Source: Candidatus Melainabacteria bacterium 17Bon1m (GTDB taxonomy: Bacteria > Cyanobacteriota > Vampirovibrionia > Obscuribacterales > Obscuribacteraceae). Taken from it: a stretch of DNA of 64,000 bases. The translations under genes were made by a program, and so were the position numbers. The notes beneath the pieces are model-generated. The model made no database searches, had not been told where the DNA came from, and was given only the letters and a program-made list of their open reading frames with translations. Shown piece after piece: positions 28,910-38,941 of the stretch (the first letter of the stretch is position 1; every line of letters begins with the position of its first letter). The stretch lies in contig JAVLKG010000003.1 of NCBI GenBank assembly GCA_032128875.1, forward strand, positions 161,008 through 225,007, written 5' to 3'.

Positions 28910-29629
28910 TTACCGGGAGGTGTGCAGTTTGACTTTCGCGCTTTTGCTGGCGACAAGACCATTTACCCAATCTCCCAGCTCGCCGCCGGATTTCCAAATC
29001 AAGTGCGGGCAGTCGTCGTCGAGCCTGTAGACCGTGTACATGTGGTAATCGGTGTCGTCGAGTTTTTCATGCAAGAATGCGATTTCCAGTTTGCCGTCTT
29101 TGTCAGCGTCGATTGCGACTGGTTGTTCTTTTGGCAATGCGGTCAAAGGATCAACCAATTTAACGTATTCATAAGGCGGCGTGATCTCGGTGAGAACAAC
29201 CTTTCCGCCCTTCGAGAATTGAGTTGCCGCGATCCACTTGTCGAAAATCCAGCCTGTGCGCAGAGCGTATTTGCCGACCTTGCTTTCCTTCCACTTCAGT
29301 GAATTTAGAAACGGCTTGTCACGCTCAGTGACCTGCTGTATGGTCCAAGACTTGCTGGTGCTGCCGGTATTTGCGGAGTCTTTGGTTGGCGAATTCCACT
29401 GCATGTCTTTTACTTTCTCGCGGTCTCTAGCCATGTTCATCACATGTTGGGAGAAGCCTTTGTCAGGCTCTGCGAGTGCTGGGATTGAGCGACTAGATGC
29501 GAACACAGCGCAAAATGCCAAGGCAACGCCACAACGGAACACAGGGCACGCTGCCAAAGCAGTGCCGAAAAGCTGCGCTTTATGCGCTCTACGCCCTCTT
29601 TCTGGCGTTTTGGCGAATTTGAACTTCAT
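28910..29629 (-). CDS. Hypothetical exported protein
   Basis: Hydrophobic N-terminus and a DADKDGKLE Dx[DN]xDG-like loop. Confidence 0.65.
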   Translation of the reverse strand: MKFKFAKTPERGRRAHKAQLFGTALAACPVFRCGVALAFCAVFASSRSIPALAEPDKGFSQHVMNMARDREKVKDMQWNSPTKDSANTGSTSKSWTIQQVTERDKPFLNSLKWKESKVGKYALRTGWIFDKWIAATQFSKGGKVVLTEITPPYEYVKLVDPLTALPKEQPVAIDADKDGKLEIAFLHEKLDDTDYHMYTVYRLDDDCPHLIWKSGGELGDWVNGLVASKSAKVKLHTSR

Positions 29630-29749
29630 ACACTAACCTTACCCACTGGCCTGGCGAGGCAAAAGGGTGAAAACCCTGGGCTGTTCGCGTCAGGGCGAAG
29701 GGCTTCGGCCGGCTTGCATCGAAAGCAGGTCTTATCTGTAACATCTTTC

Positions 29750-29779
29750 TTGACGAATACTAGACGACCGGTCTAATAT
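29750..29779 (+). promoter_or_regulatory. Sigma70-like promoter with an overlapping palindromic operator
   Basis: TTGACG-18 bp-TAATAT, with TAGAC-gaccg-GTCTA in the spacer. Confidence 0.5.
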
Positions 29780-29821
29780 TGGTTAGGGTAGAATGGTCGG
29801 ACCAATGGAGGAGGAGACGTC

Positions 29822-30820
29822 ATGGCAACCGGAGTTAAGACAAAAGTCCAAGGGATAAGGATTTCGAAGACTGGTGAGGCAGACGTCCTCAAATTGGAAG
29901 ACTATGAGTTGCCGGCGCCTGGACCAGGCGAGGCGCTGATAAGGCTTCATGCGGCGGGGCTTAATTTCCTCGACATCTACCAGCGCCGTGGCAGTCTCGG
30001 GTACAGCCTGCCGTTGCCCTACACGCCAGGGCATGAAGGTGCAGGTGTTGTAGAGCAAGTTGGGGAAGGGGTCACTGTTGTAAAACCGGGCGACAGGGTC
30101 GCTTACACGAGCGTTTTAGGTTCGTATTCGCAGGCTATTATTGCTCCAGCCGACAAGCTCGTCATTCTTCCATCCGAATTGAGTTTTGAACAAGGTGCCG
30201 CGTTTCCCCTTCAGGGCATGACCGCCCATTATTTGCTGCATGAATATCACCAGATCAAGAAGGGCGACACTGTGTTGATCCACGCTGCAGCCGGTGGCAT
30301 GGGGTTGCTTTTGGTTCAGTGGGCGAAACATTTGGGTGCTGAAGTTTTTGGCACAGTGTCCAATGAAGAGAAGGCAAAACGCGCTAAGGAAGCCGGTGCC
30401 GATCATGTAATCAATTACACTGAAAAGGATTTCGTCGCGGAAATAAAACGCCTTACAAATGATAAGGGGGTCGATTTCATTATTGACGGAGTCGGCAAAG
30501 ATACATTTGCGAAAAACCTTCAAGCAGTGGCTACACGCGGGCATGTTGTCATATTCGGTGCGGCTAGTGGTGTGGCTGATCCGGTAGTTCCTAATGCGTT
30601 GATGTCGCGTGCTATCACCATATCCGGTGGCAGTCTGTATAACTTTTTGCGCGACCGCGACGAACTTTTGAAGAGAGCGAATGATGTTCTTGCCGGCATC
30701 AAAGAAGGTTGGCTGAAACTGACAATTGATCACGTTTTGCCACTCGGCGAGGCTGCCAAAGCACATGCGCTTTTGGAAGACCGAAAGACGATCGGTAAGG
30801 TCGTTTTGAAGTGCAACTAG
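29822..30820 (+). CDS. qor: NADPH:quinone oxidoreductase (zeta-crystallin type)
   Basis: GLNFLDIYQR, PGHEGAG, LQGMTAHYL, HAAAGGMG and IGKVVL. Confidence 0.92.
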   Translation: MATGVKTKVQGIRISKTGEADVLKLEDYELPAPGPGEALIRLHAAGLNFLDIYQRRGSLGYSLPLPYTPGHEGAGVVEQVGEGVTVVKPGDRVAYTSVLGSYSQAIIAPADKLVILPSELSFEQGAAFPLQGMTAHYLLHEYHQIKKGDTVLIHAAAGGMGLLLVQWAKHLGAEVFGTVSNEEKAKRAKEAGADHVINYTEKDFVAEIKRLTNDKGVDFIIDGVGKDTFAKNLQAVATRGHVVIFGAASGVADPVVPNALMSRAITISGGSLYNFLRDRDELLKRANDVLAGIKEGWLKLTIDHVLPLGEAAKAHALLEDRKTIGKVVLKCN

Positions 30821-31789
30821 TTATTGTTGGTTCTGCTTCGTTTGAGCCAACTTGTAATTGACTTCGCGAACGTAGCCTTGGCCGGGCGCGCTGTCCATCA
30901 TGTTTAGAACGGCTGCCATCTTGGACATATCCGACAAGATGCGACGTTCTTTCACGCCTGTAGTATTTTGATTGATTGCCACGACGAGGTCGCAAGACTG
31001 CAATAACGTGTCAACCGAAAACTGATTTACGGCTGCGTATCCTTTCAAAACAACGGAAGCCTTGCGGCGGCCGATGCCGTCTCTAGGACGCAAATCGCTG
31101 CGCTTCAAAGTTCTCTCTGACGCAACTAATTCGAAACCTGGCTTCAAGGCAACAACTTTTGCGTCGTTACCTGTAAATGGCCCGCCTTCCAGCTTAATAC
31201 GTACATTGTTGCCGAGCCCATCGATGTTCATGACGCGAACAACTCCATCGGTGTTCTTGATCACCGCGTCACCATTGGCGGTGATTGCAATTTTGCCGAG
31301 ATCGGTTTTCACAAAAGCAGCTGTCGATGGTTTTCTCACGCTTACCAGCACCGCGCCGACTTTGAGTTCTACGGCAATGGGCGACGGGCGCGAATATGTT
31401 GTGTTTTGCTCCGCTCGAACTAAAACCCATTCGCCTTTGTCCTTGTTGTTTTCTTCCTTTGGAAAATCATTCATCTTCAATGGAATGAGACCGGACATCG
31501 CAGAAGGAATCTGGAGTGACGGCGAGTTGTACGCTGCACCTAGTGCCGGTCCGGGATTAGTTACATCGGTCGGAACGAAAATAGGCACACCGTCGCGATT
31601 TGGCGTGTTTACGATGGGGGGAATAATCAGCTTCGGCGGTTCTTGCTGAGGCGGAATATAGACAGGAGGCTGGACGCGCGGGCGGTCGTCGGGATCTCTT
31701 TGCGCAAAAGCGTTTGGCGATGCCATCGTCGCGATAGCAAGTGCGGTTGTTGCCAGAAAAACTATTTGTTTATTCCGAGTAGTCATCAA
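30821..31789 (-). CDS. Secreted hypothetical protein (Pro-rich N-terminus, beta-rich FecR-like core)
   Basis: Signal peptide ending AFA-Q; the fold call is tentative. Confidence 0.7.
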   Translation of the reverse strand: MMTTRNKQIVFLATTALAIATMASPNAFAQRDPDDRPRVQPPVYIPPQQEPPKLIIPPIVNTPNRDGVPIFVPTDVTNPGPALGAAYNSPSLQIPSAMSGLIPLKMNDFPKEENNKDKGEWVLVRAEQNTTYSRPSPIAVELKVGAVLVSVRKPSTAAFVKTDLGKIAITANGDAVIKNTDGVVRVMNIDGLGNNVRIKLEGGPFTGNDAKVVALKPGFELVASERTLKRSDLRPRDGIGRRKASVVLKGYAAVNQFSVDTLLQSCDLVVAINQNTTGVKERRILSDMSKMAAVLNMMDSAPGQGYVREVNYKLAQTKQNQQ

Positions 31790-31831
31790 TAGTCGATCTC
31801 AAAATCAAAAACGAAGAGAGGGGTTTTCGAA

Positions 31832-32152
31832 CTACATCGAAACCAATGTCGGGTTGTAGGTCGTCACCATTTGGTGAACAAGCCTGAACACGTCGTGACT
31901 ATCGCTTGTGCGACCTTGCTCTTCGTAGCACCCTGCAAGCTTGACCAGGATGTTGCTCGCGTGCGGGTGATTGGGACCATATTCGTCCGACACCGCCGAG
32001 AGCGCCTCTTTGTACAACTGTTCGGTCTCATCATAATTGCCGTCTTCAAGACACACATCTGCCTGTTTCATCAATTGCTTCCAGGACAGTGCGTGCGACA
32101 AAGAATTCATTCTGAGATGGGTATTCAGTTTTAAAGGTGGAAGACGACTCAA
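31832..32152 (-). CDS. Small TPR protein
   Basis: EQLYKEAL...GPNHP...LAGCYEEQGR, a kinesin-light-chain-type TPR. Confidence 0.75.
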   Translation of the reverse strand: MSRLPPLKLNTHLRMNSLSHALSWKQLMKQADVCLEDGNYDETEQLYKEALSAVSDEYGPNHPHASNILVKLAGCYEEQGRTSDSHDVFRLVHQMVTTYNPTLVSM

Positions 32153-32384
32153 ATACTAATGCATGCACTCCTGAGCCTAAAGTGCTTGTATCGAAATCTT
32201 ATCACTGCGGATCTTCCCATTGAAGCTGATTGTGAGAGCGATTTCACGAATTCGATTGGCGACGAAGCAAGCCTTTTTGGTTCCAGACAGCTATCTAACC
32301 TGGCATGCAGCAGAACCCAGCGGTGGCGGGAACTTGCGGGCTTGTGCCGCGTCCCACTCTAAGCCAAAAGAAAGTGGGAAGACG

Positions 32385-33692
32385 ATGAGTGAATTTATTG
32401 CGCCAAAGCCTGACCCGATAACGCTCAATATTGTGAAGGCGATTGTGCCTTTGTATTTGAAGTCGGAGAATTTAGCTGTTCGCCCGAGTGAGCACTGCAT
32501 CTCCGTAATTCAGTCGCAGAAAGGCATTCCAGCTGTTCTTGCGCTCAATCATATCGATAGATGCGACCCCGCTGTCGCCGCGATGCTTTCTACAATGTGC
32601 GGTGAGGAGAATTACTATCTCGCTGCGCGGGAATTGTTTGACGAAAACTTCGGCATTCGTGGCTGGCTGATGCAGCATTGCGGAGTTTATTCCGTGATAC
32701 GTGGATTGCCTGAGGATGCGGAGTCTCGTAAGGCGACTGTCAACCTAATTGCGGAAGGAAAGCATAAGCTTGTAATGTTTCCCGAAGGTGATGTTACAGG
32801 CAGAGACGACATTATCTCGCCGCTTAAGAAAGATGGAATCAGAAATATCTTTGAAGCACAGGAAAAATCGCTGCGCATCAATGAACAGCGCGCTGTGCAT
32901 GTAATACCGACTGCAATTTATTATCAGGTGCACGAGGATGCGTGGGACCCCTTGCGCAGTTGTCTGGCTCAGATTGAAGGTTGTCTGGGTATCGTCGAAA
33001 GCACCGCGCCAATTGAAATTAGAATCCAGCGCGCTGTCGAGCGCATGTTGCAACGCCTCGAAGCTAATTATGGCGTTGTTGCGGAAAAACATGCGCACGG
33101 CGCACATTCGAGTATTCAGCACAATTCGACCAGGACAAGCCTCTCAACGAACGCGCGATTGGTCAATTTGTGCCGCCACATTATAACTTCCGTGGCTAAT
33201 ATCACTGGTGCGCAGGTTCTGGAGAATCCTTCCATTCATGTGTTTCTCTACTCCGTGCGCGGCAAGCTTATAAGAATGAAGGAGGTCGTCAACGATTTGG
33301 ACGGCACCTTTGATGACCGCTTGCACGCAGAAACCATTGAGCGTCTCGATTCTTGCGATCGCGATTTGGAGCGCGTGCAAAACTTGCTTATTCTTGCTTC
33401 CACTCTGCATCAGAAACCCCGCACGCTGGATGTTTTGTGGCGAATTATCGATAGGTTGGAGAACCTTGTGCTTGGGCGTGTTTCTGCTAAAGGGCATCGC
33501 ACCGCCTGGATTGAAGCCGGAGAGCCCATTAGTTTGATACGCCGCAGCAGAGACTATAGAGTGCACCCTACAACTGCTGTTGAGCGTGCGGAAAAACGCA
33601 TTCGCGCCGCCATGCAGGCTGTCCTGGATGACCTGAAAAAACCTCAAGAGGGCGAGAAGAAGCCGGCGCAAGCAGACGAGAAAGCTTCCTAA
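32385..33692 (+). CDS. PlsC-like acyltransferase, long cyanobacterial type
   Basis: NHIDRCD (HxxxxD), GVYSVIRG and MFPEG. Start moved to ATG 32385. Confidence 0.85.
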   Translation: MSEFIAPKPDPITLNIVKAIVPLYLKSENLAVRPSEHCISVIQSQKGIPAVLALNHIDRCDPAVAAMLSTMCGEENYYLAARELFDENFGIRGWLMQHCGVYSVIRGLPEDAESRKATVNLIAEGKHKLVMFPEGDVTGRDDIISPLKKDGIRNIFEAQEKSLRINEQRAVHVIPTAIYYQVHEDAWDPLRSCLAQIEGCLGIVESTAPIEIRIQRAVERMLQRLEANYGVVAEKHAHGAHSSIQHNSTRTSLSTNARLVNLCRHIITSVANITGAQVLENPSIHVFLYSVRGKLIRMKEVVNDLDGTFDDRLHAETIERLDSCDRDLERVQNLLILASTLHQKPRTLDVLWRIIDRLENLVLGRVSAKGHRTAWIEAGEPISLIRRSRDYRVHPTTAVERAEKRIRAAMQAVLDDLKKPQEGEKKPAQADEKAS

Positions 33693-33699
33693 TTCAAAC

Positions 33700-35091
33700 C
33701 TAACTATCGATCATCTTGCCGCAAGGCTTTGGCATGAAGAATGACACGACTGTGCCGAGCAAAAAGATGCCCGCAACTGACGATGCTGCCATCGCGTATG
33801 AACCGCCAAACACCTTGATGAGCTCGCCGCTAATCAATGTCGCAACTGCAGCAACAATTCTTCCAACGTTATATGTGACACCAAAGGCGGTGCTGCGCAT
33901 GCGGGTGGCGTACAGCTCGGGAATGTAACCCCAGAGCAGTACGAAAGGCACGTGGGCAAAGAAACCTACGGCAAAAATGAACGGGAAGATCATCGGCGTG
34001 AATGATTTGAACGACATAAACATTCCGACCGTCGCGATAAACGCGAGTGCAAATGTCCAGCCCATGCATTTTCTGTAGCCAAGTTTTGTGATGATTAATC
34101 CGCCCAACAGACCGGACATAATCATTCCGATGTCTTTGAAGAACATTACGTGACTGCGCTGTTCGATTGCCAGGTCGCCGGTTATCTGATTGATCCAGGA
34201 AGGAATCCACGATAAAACCGCCCACCATGCGATGATTGCGCAGCTCGTGAGGGCGGAAACGATGCATGTTTTACGGAGATTTTCTTTCGAGACAAGTGAC
34301 TTGAACGCCGATTTCAGCAGTTCGTGCTGTTCTTCAGTGCGTTCGGTGTGATGAACTTGCAAAGCTTCTGCTCTGAGCTCTTGCACCCGATTAAAGTGTT
34401 CAGGCTCTTTGAGTTTTGACCGAATGTAGAGAGTGAGGAAGGCCGGCATGATGCCTGCGACGAAAAGCCAGCGCCATCCAAAACCACCGATGAGCAGGTT
34501 GAGGCTAGCTGTAAGCAGATAGCCGCAGCCCAGCGAAGTAGCCATGATGCCGACAGCATGGATGCGCGACTTCTTCGGCCAGCATTCTGAGAGAAACACA
34601 GCGCCAATGCCCATCTCGCCACCAATTCCGGCGCCGACGAGAAAACGGTACAAGCCCATTTCCCACCAGCTGTGGGCGGTTGCGCAGAGCCCTGTGCATA
34701 GCGCGTAGACGAGAATTGTCAGTGTAAGGGTCTTTGCTCTGCCTATTTTGTCAGCGAGCGCGCCGAAGAATGCTGCGCCGATTGCCCAGCCGACCAGGAA
34801 GAGCGCGATAACGTAAGACCCATAAACGCCAACTTCGGATGGCGATTTTGAGCCAATCAGCTCAGACATCGCCGGAAAGAGGACCATTGCAAAAATAGAT
34901 GAATCGAAGCCGTCAAAGACTCCGCCCAACCACGTCGCCAGCAGTACGTGCCAGGGCTTTGGACCGTCTTCGTTGACCGGTTGATGCTCTTGGAGCTGAA
35001 CTGCCTGTGTCACTTTGTTCTCTTCCTGTGCTGCAGGGGGTGATTCGAGAACCGAACTTGTTGCGCCTTCTATTTTTAATCCGCCAGCCAT
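33700..35091 (-). CDS. MFS transporter
   Basis: DGFD, GALADKIGR, GAGIGGE and PELYATRMRSTA; 12-TM pattern. Confidence 0.92.
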   Translation of the reverse strand: MAGGLKIEGATSSVLESPPAAQEENKVTQAVQLQEHQPVNEDGPKPWHVLLATWLGGVFDGFDSSIFAMVLFPAMSELIGSKSPSEVGVYGSYVIALFLVGWAIGAAFFGALADKIGRAKTLTLTILVYALCTGLCATAHSWWEMGLYRFLVGAGIGGEMGIGAVFLSECWPKKSRIHAVGIMATSLGCGYLLTASLNLLIGGFGWRWLFVAGIMPAFLTLYIRSKLKEPEHFNRVQELRAEALQVHHTERTEEQHELLKSAFKSLVSKENLRKTCIVSALTSCAIIAWWAVLSWIPSWINQITGDLAIEQRSHVMFFKDIGMIMSGLLGGLIITKLGYRKCMGWTFALAFIATVGMFMSFKSFTPMIFPFIFAVGFFAHVPFVLLWGYIPELYATRMRSTAFGVTYNVGRIVAAVATLISGELIKVFGGSYAMAASSVAGIFLLGTVVSFFMPKPCGKMIDS

Positions 35092-35432
35092 GACGTGACT
35101 CCTTGGGAGGAAATTCCGGGCTTCCTGGTTGGACTTTGGCAGGCAAAAACGCCGCCTGCGCTAGGCGAGGGGGTCTTATAGTAGTAAATAGCCAGGATCT
35201 ACGTATTAAATAAATCCTCTATATGCAAATCCGCCGCTGGCAGGTTGAGGTGGGGCGGCGGTGTTCTGGCGCCCGCATTAGGGCCGCGAAACTCTCTGGG
35301 TTTTGGGGAATTTTGAAAGGTTTCCTCCACCAAAAAATTGCTGTCGCAAAATCTCACGTCATTTTTATGCAGTGAAAGGCAAAGTGAAAGCATCCCCTTT
35401 GGCCCTCCCTTTCACACAGCAGGTACTACTCT

Positions 35433-35960
35433 ATGTTTAGAGATAACTTCGACGTCGCCGAATCCACCGCTAAAGCTCCTAGAGAAACCTCAGCGCTTAG
35501 CAGTGATGCTGATTTGAGCCAATATTCATCGTTAGTCGGCAACGGCAAGAAATTAGACACTGACAAATTAGGGATCGCTGGCGACACCGAGCTGCTCATG
35601 GCGTTGAATGACCAACGCGAAGCGTCGGACGACCAAAGCCAATCTGGCTTAGATAGTCATTCTCAAGAGATTGCAAAGCTGTTGAAAGGCGCATCGCCGG
35701 AAGATGCCGCTGAGGCCTTTGCCGACTACATTGACCAGAATGGTGATGCCATGTATGCAGCAGCTGAAGCGGCTGATCCTAATGATCCTCTAGGCTGTCT
35801 CGAAAGTCAGTTAAATCAAGAACTTAAAGACACCGACTATACGGCCTACGGTGACCGACAAGCGGCGGAGTTGTCTCTCTATAGCAAGGGCGGCGATTTC
35901 ATAACAAATGTTCCAATAGGTCCATCGAACTCTGATATGTTCGGAATTCCCAAAAACTAA
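35433..35960 (+). CDS. Acidic hypothetical protein
   Basis: 175-aa ORF followed by a hairpin. Confidence 0.7.
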   Translation: MFRDNFDVAESTAKAPRETSALSSDADLSQYSSLVGNGKKLDTDKLGIAGDTELLMALNDQREASDDQSQSGLDSHSQEIAKLLKGASPEDAAEAFADYIDQNGDAMYAAAEAADPNDPLGCLESQLNQELKDTDYTAYGDRQAAELSLYSKGGDFITNVPIGPSNSDMFGIPKN

Positions 35961-36003
35961 ATGGGATTGCCGCCTACCTAATACGCAGACTTACGCAAAG
36001 GGA

Positions 36004-36033
36004 ACCGCCGCCTGGATTATTCCAAGCGGCGGT
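36004..36033 (+). terminator. Probable terminator hairpin
   Basis: ACCGCCGCCTGGA-ttat-TCCAAGCGGCGGT. Confidence 0.55.
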
Positions 36034-36244
36034 AATGCGTTGTGTTTGGTCCGAGAAATGATTTCGCGTGTACATATGCCCAAAAGGTTGGAGTCCACAC
36101 GGAAGCCTGAAGACGCCGCCGCGAAAAGTTATGTTCCCGAAGGCTTGGTCTGCCCTTTTCTCTTGGTTATTGGTTCGTATTGAACGGTCTATACGCTAAT
36201 CTTGCAAACTGGTACGTTCTGCTGATTCAATAGACGCGGATTAA

Positions 36245-37765
36245 TTGGACTCGCGTTTGATACTGACAAGCTCTGCCAGCAAAACACAGACAAAATCGAG
36301 ACAGCGCTTTGCATGTTTTGCAAAGATTGTCTCGCTCGCATTGAGCTTGCAGATTGTTTTCGCTTCTACTTACACTACTGCAGCGTTTTCATATTCGCCA
36401 GAAATAACTGCTGAAGAAGCGCATGTAGAAGAGGTCACCAACGAGATTTTTCACAAGTTGGTTGCTTTGGAGCGGTACTACCTGCAGTATCGCAAGATTG
36501 GCACTGCTACTCCGAAGTTGAGGCGCATTCGATATTTCCTTGCGCAGGTCGCGTCCAGTTCTACGACGATGGCGTCGAACATTATGCTCACCGACGTTGC
36601 GCGAAAAGGTTTGAAAGACAACAAAATTACTAACTTCGGTCGCGGCGATGGAGATGTGGATCCCCCGGGCACTTCTGCGCCGACGTCTGGTATTGCTAAC
36701 ACCAACGGTGAGGTACGCCGTGCTCTTGTTCTGGCGATCATCGGTACGGTCCTGGGTCCCGGAAGCTCACTGATGGAGCTTTGTTCGAACGGTTATACTG
36801 CGGCAAAAAACGTAAAACAAGGAAAGAATCCCGCAACCGCGGTGAAAAACGTCCAAGCGCGACTGAAGGAGATCGACGCGCTCATGGAGGAGCGCAGGAG
36901 TTTTCTTGACGCGCATCCCGAATTGCGTGCTCTTGCAATCAACAAAGCAGAGCATGCGGTTCTACACGCTTTTCGCGATTGGTGCGTTGCTGAATTTGTC
37001 GAAATTTATTCTGATGTGAAGGCGGGTCAAAGGGGGGCGAATGTCTACTATGCTCTCGATGCGACCAATGGTAGTTTGGGGTTGACCGGACAAATTCTCG
37101 GTTTGAAGTCAACGTATCCGAATTACGACCATCTTGCTGGCCCGTCTGCGACGGTCTCGGTGGTAGGTGATGCTTTCAGCTTGATTAGCGCGCCTGCAAG
37201 TGCGTACGCCGGTAAAAAGTTCAAAGCCCACTACAAGAAAATTGCGCAAAATACCTTCAAAGATCATTTGAAACTTGGTGAAGTTGAAGCGAAAGCTTCA
37301 ATGGCGCAGCTTCGAAAGATTGTTGATTTTGCCGACCCGCTGGCTGCTTCTGCGTCCACTGACGTAGAATCGCGCATGGCCGGCTATTTGATGTGGTCAG
37401 TCAGGTCTCACGATATTATTGCTCGAGAAGAAGTCGAACTTTCTCACCGCAGTAAAGTTGCTCATCAAGGTCAGCGCATTGGACCTTTGATTGCCGGAAG
37501 CGGAATGGCGCAAGATATCCTGGCTGACATTGCTTTCTACGGCTATCCGAATAACGAGCGCCGCGGTGCAAGTCTTGCCTACGCGGGCGGTATTTCAGCG
37601 ACGAGCGGCAACGCTGCAGCGCTCGCGTACACCAACTATAATTTCGTTAGCGAATATCTGTACAGGCGAAAACTGCGTAGTCAGCGGCTGCTTCCTCAGC
37701 AGCTACTAGATGAGCGGCTGCGTCTGCTGGACCAAGTTGACTTGATGTTGCCAAAAGGAAAATAG
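36245..37765 (+). CDS. Hypothetical exported/membrane protein
   Basis: 506-aa ORF with a hydrophobic N-terminus; 2 bp from galM. Confidence 0.7.
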   Translation: MDSRLILTSSASKTQTKSRQRFACFAKIVSLALSLQIVFASTYTTAAFSYSPEITAEEAHVEEVTNEIFHKLVALERYYLQYRKIGTATPKLRRIRYFLAQVASSSTTMASNIMLTDVARKGLKDNKITNFGRGDGDVDPPGTSAPTSGIANTNGEVRRALVLAIIGTVLGPGSSLMELCSNGYTAAKNVKQGKNPATAVKNVQARLKEIDALMEERRSFLDAHPELRALAINKAEHAVLHAFRDWCVAEFVEIYSDVKAGQRGANVYYALDATNGSLGLTGQILGLKSTYPNYDHLAGPSATVSVVGDAFSLISAPASAYAGKKFKAHYKKIAQNTFKDHLKLGEVEAKASMAQLRKIVDFADPLAASASTDVESRMAGYLMWSVRSHDIIAREEVELSHRSKVAHQGQRIGPLIAGSGMAQDILADIAFYGYPNNERRGASLAYAGGISATSGNAAALAYTNYNFVSEYLYRRKLRSQRLLPQQLLDERLRLLDQVDLMLPKGK

Positions 37766-37767
37766 AA

Positions 37768-38820
37768 ATGAACGCTGTTTGCACGGAAAGAGAGTTCGGA
37801 ACAATGCCTTCAGGTGAGAAGGTGTCGCTGTTCGAGTTGAAAAACTCCCGCGGAATGGTTGCTCGTGTCACCAATTACGGTGCCATTCTGACTGAGCTTC
37901 ATGTGCCGGACAAAAACGGAAAAGTTGCAAATGTTGTTCTTGGGTTTGATGCGTTTGCGCCGTATTTGGCTAAGCACCCACACTTTGGTGGAACGATTGG
38001 CCGCTATGCGAATCGCATTGCGGGTGGCACTTTTGATCTGGATGGAGAAACCTACACGCTCGCGAAAAACAATGGCGAGAATTGTTTGCATGGTGGAATC
38101 AAGGGTTTTGATAAGCAATTGTGGAAGGTCGAGAGCGCAGGCGAGTCGGTAAAACTGTCGTATTTTAGTGCTGATATGGAAGAGGGATTTCCTGGAAATC
38201 TGACGGTACATTTGACGTACACGTTGACAGAAAACAACGCTTTGCGAATGGAATATCGTGCCACCACCGACAAAGCTACGCCGATCAATTTCACCAACCA
38301 CACGTATTTCAATCTTAAGGGCGCTGGCAATGGTGATGTTCTCGATCACGAACTTCAGCTAAACGCGGACCAGTACACCCCTTTTAATGAGAAGCAAATA
38401 CCCACTGGAGATGTGGCTTCGGTTGAAGGTACTGCGCTAGACTTCCGCAACTTGCATCCGGTGAAAGACCGAATTGCGGAAGTTGACTTTGGTGGCTACG
38501 ACCACAATTTTGTTTTGCGCGGTTCTGATGGAAAAGCTAAGGGAAACAGTGGTGAATTGACCGTTGCTGCAGTGGTATTTGAACCTGTTTCAGGACGAAA
38601 ACTTACCGTGCATACGACTGAACCCGGTATTCAAATTTATACCGGCAACAGTCTGAATGGTTCCGTCACTGGGCTCGGCGGCGCATACCAAAAGTATTAC
38701 GCCATCTGCACAGAGACGCAGCATTACCCTGATTCCATGCACCATCCGCAATTCCCCAACGTCATTCTCAGACCCGGCGAAGAATATCGTCAGACGACGA
38801 TTTTTGATTTCGGCGCGTAA
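37768..38820 (+). CDS. galM: Aldose 1-epimerase
   Basis: GRYANRI, LHGG, FPGNL, NFTNHTYFNL, YDHNF and ETQHYPD. Confidence 0.95.
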   Translation: MNAVCTEREFGTMPSGEKVSLFELKNSRGMVARVTNYGAILTELHVPDKNGKVANVVLGFDAFAPYLAKHPHFGGTIGRYANRIAGGTFDLDGETYTLAKNNGENCLHGGIKGFDKQLWKVESAGESVKLSYFSADMEEGFPGNLTVHLTYTLTENNALRMEYRATTDKATPINFTNHTYFNLKGAGNGDVLDHELQLNADQYTPFNEKQIPTGDVASVEGTALDFRNLHPVKDRIAEVDFGGYDHNFVLRGSDGKAKGNSGELTVAAVVFEPVSGRKLTVHTTEPGIQIYTGNSLNGSVTGLGGAYQKYYAICTETQHYPDSMHHPQFPNVILRPGEEYRQTTIFDFGA

Positions 38821-38835
38821 TTTCGATTTTTCTTT

Positions 38836-38941
38836 GTAAGGGAAGCGCATGCGCTTCCCTTGCAGGGAGCCGCATGCGGCTCCCCTACGGCATGGTTAAA
38901 GCCAGCGCATGCGGCTCAGCTATGGCATGGTTTAAGCCAGC
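38836..38941. repeat. REP-like family A doublet plus 35-bp tandem duplication
   Basis: GTAAGGGAAGCGCATGCGCTTCCCTTGCAGGGAGCCGCATGCGGCTCCCCTAC. 38872-38906 is repeated at 38907-38941 (31/35). Confidence 0.9.

Noticed and set aside
10623-33362. HIP1 octamer GCGATCGC
   Set aside because: I noticed only about two copies, with no cyanobacterial-style enrichment.
35106-35200. GAGGAAATTCCGGGCT resembles the RNase P RNA motif GAGGAAAGTCCGGGC
   Set aside because: The conserved G is changed, the downstream ACAGAAA and 3' AACCCGGCTTA elements are missing, and the site abuts the RBS of the minus-strand MFS gene.
38836-38941. Possible CRISPR mini-array (also 49458-49552)
   Set aside because: Only two adjacent units, no unique spacers and no cas genes; explained as REP duplication.
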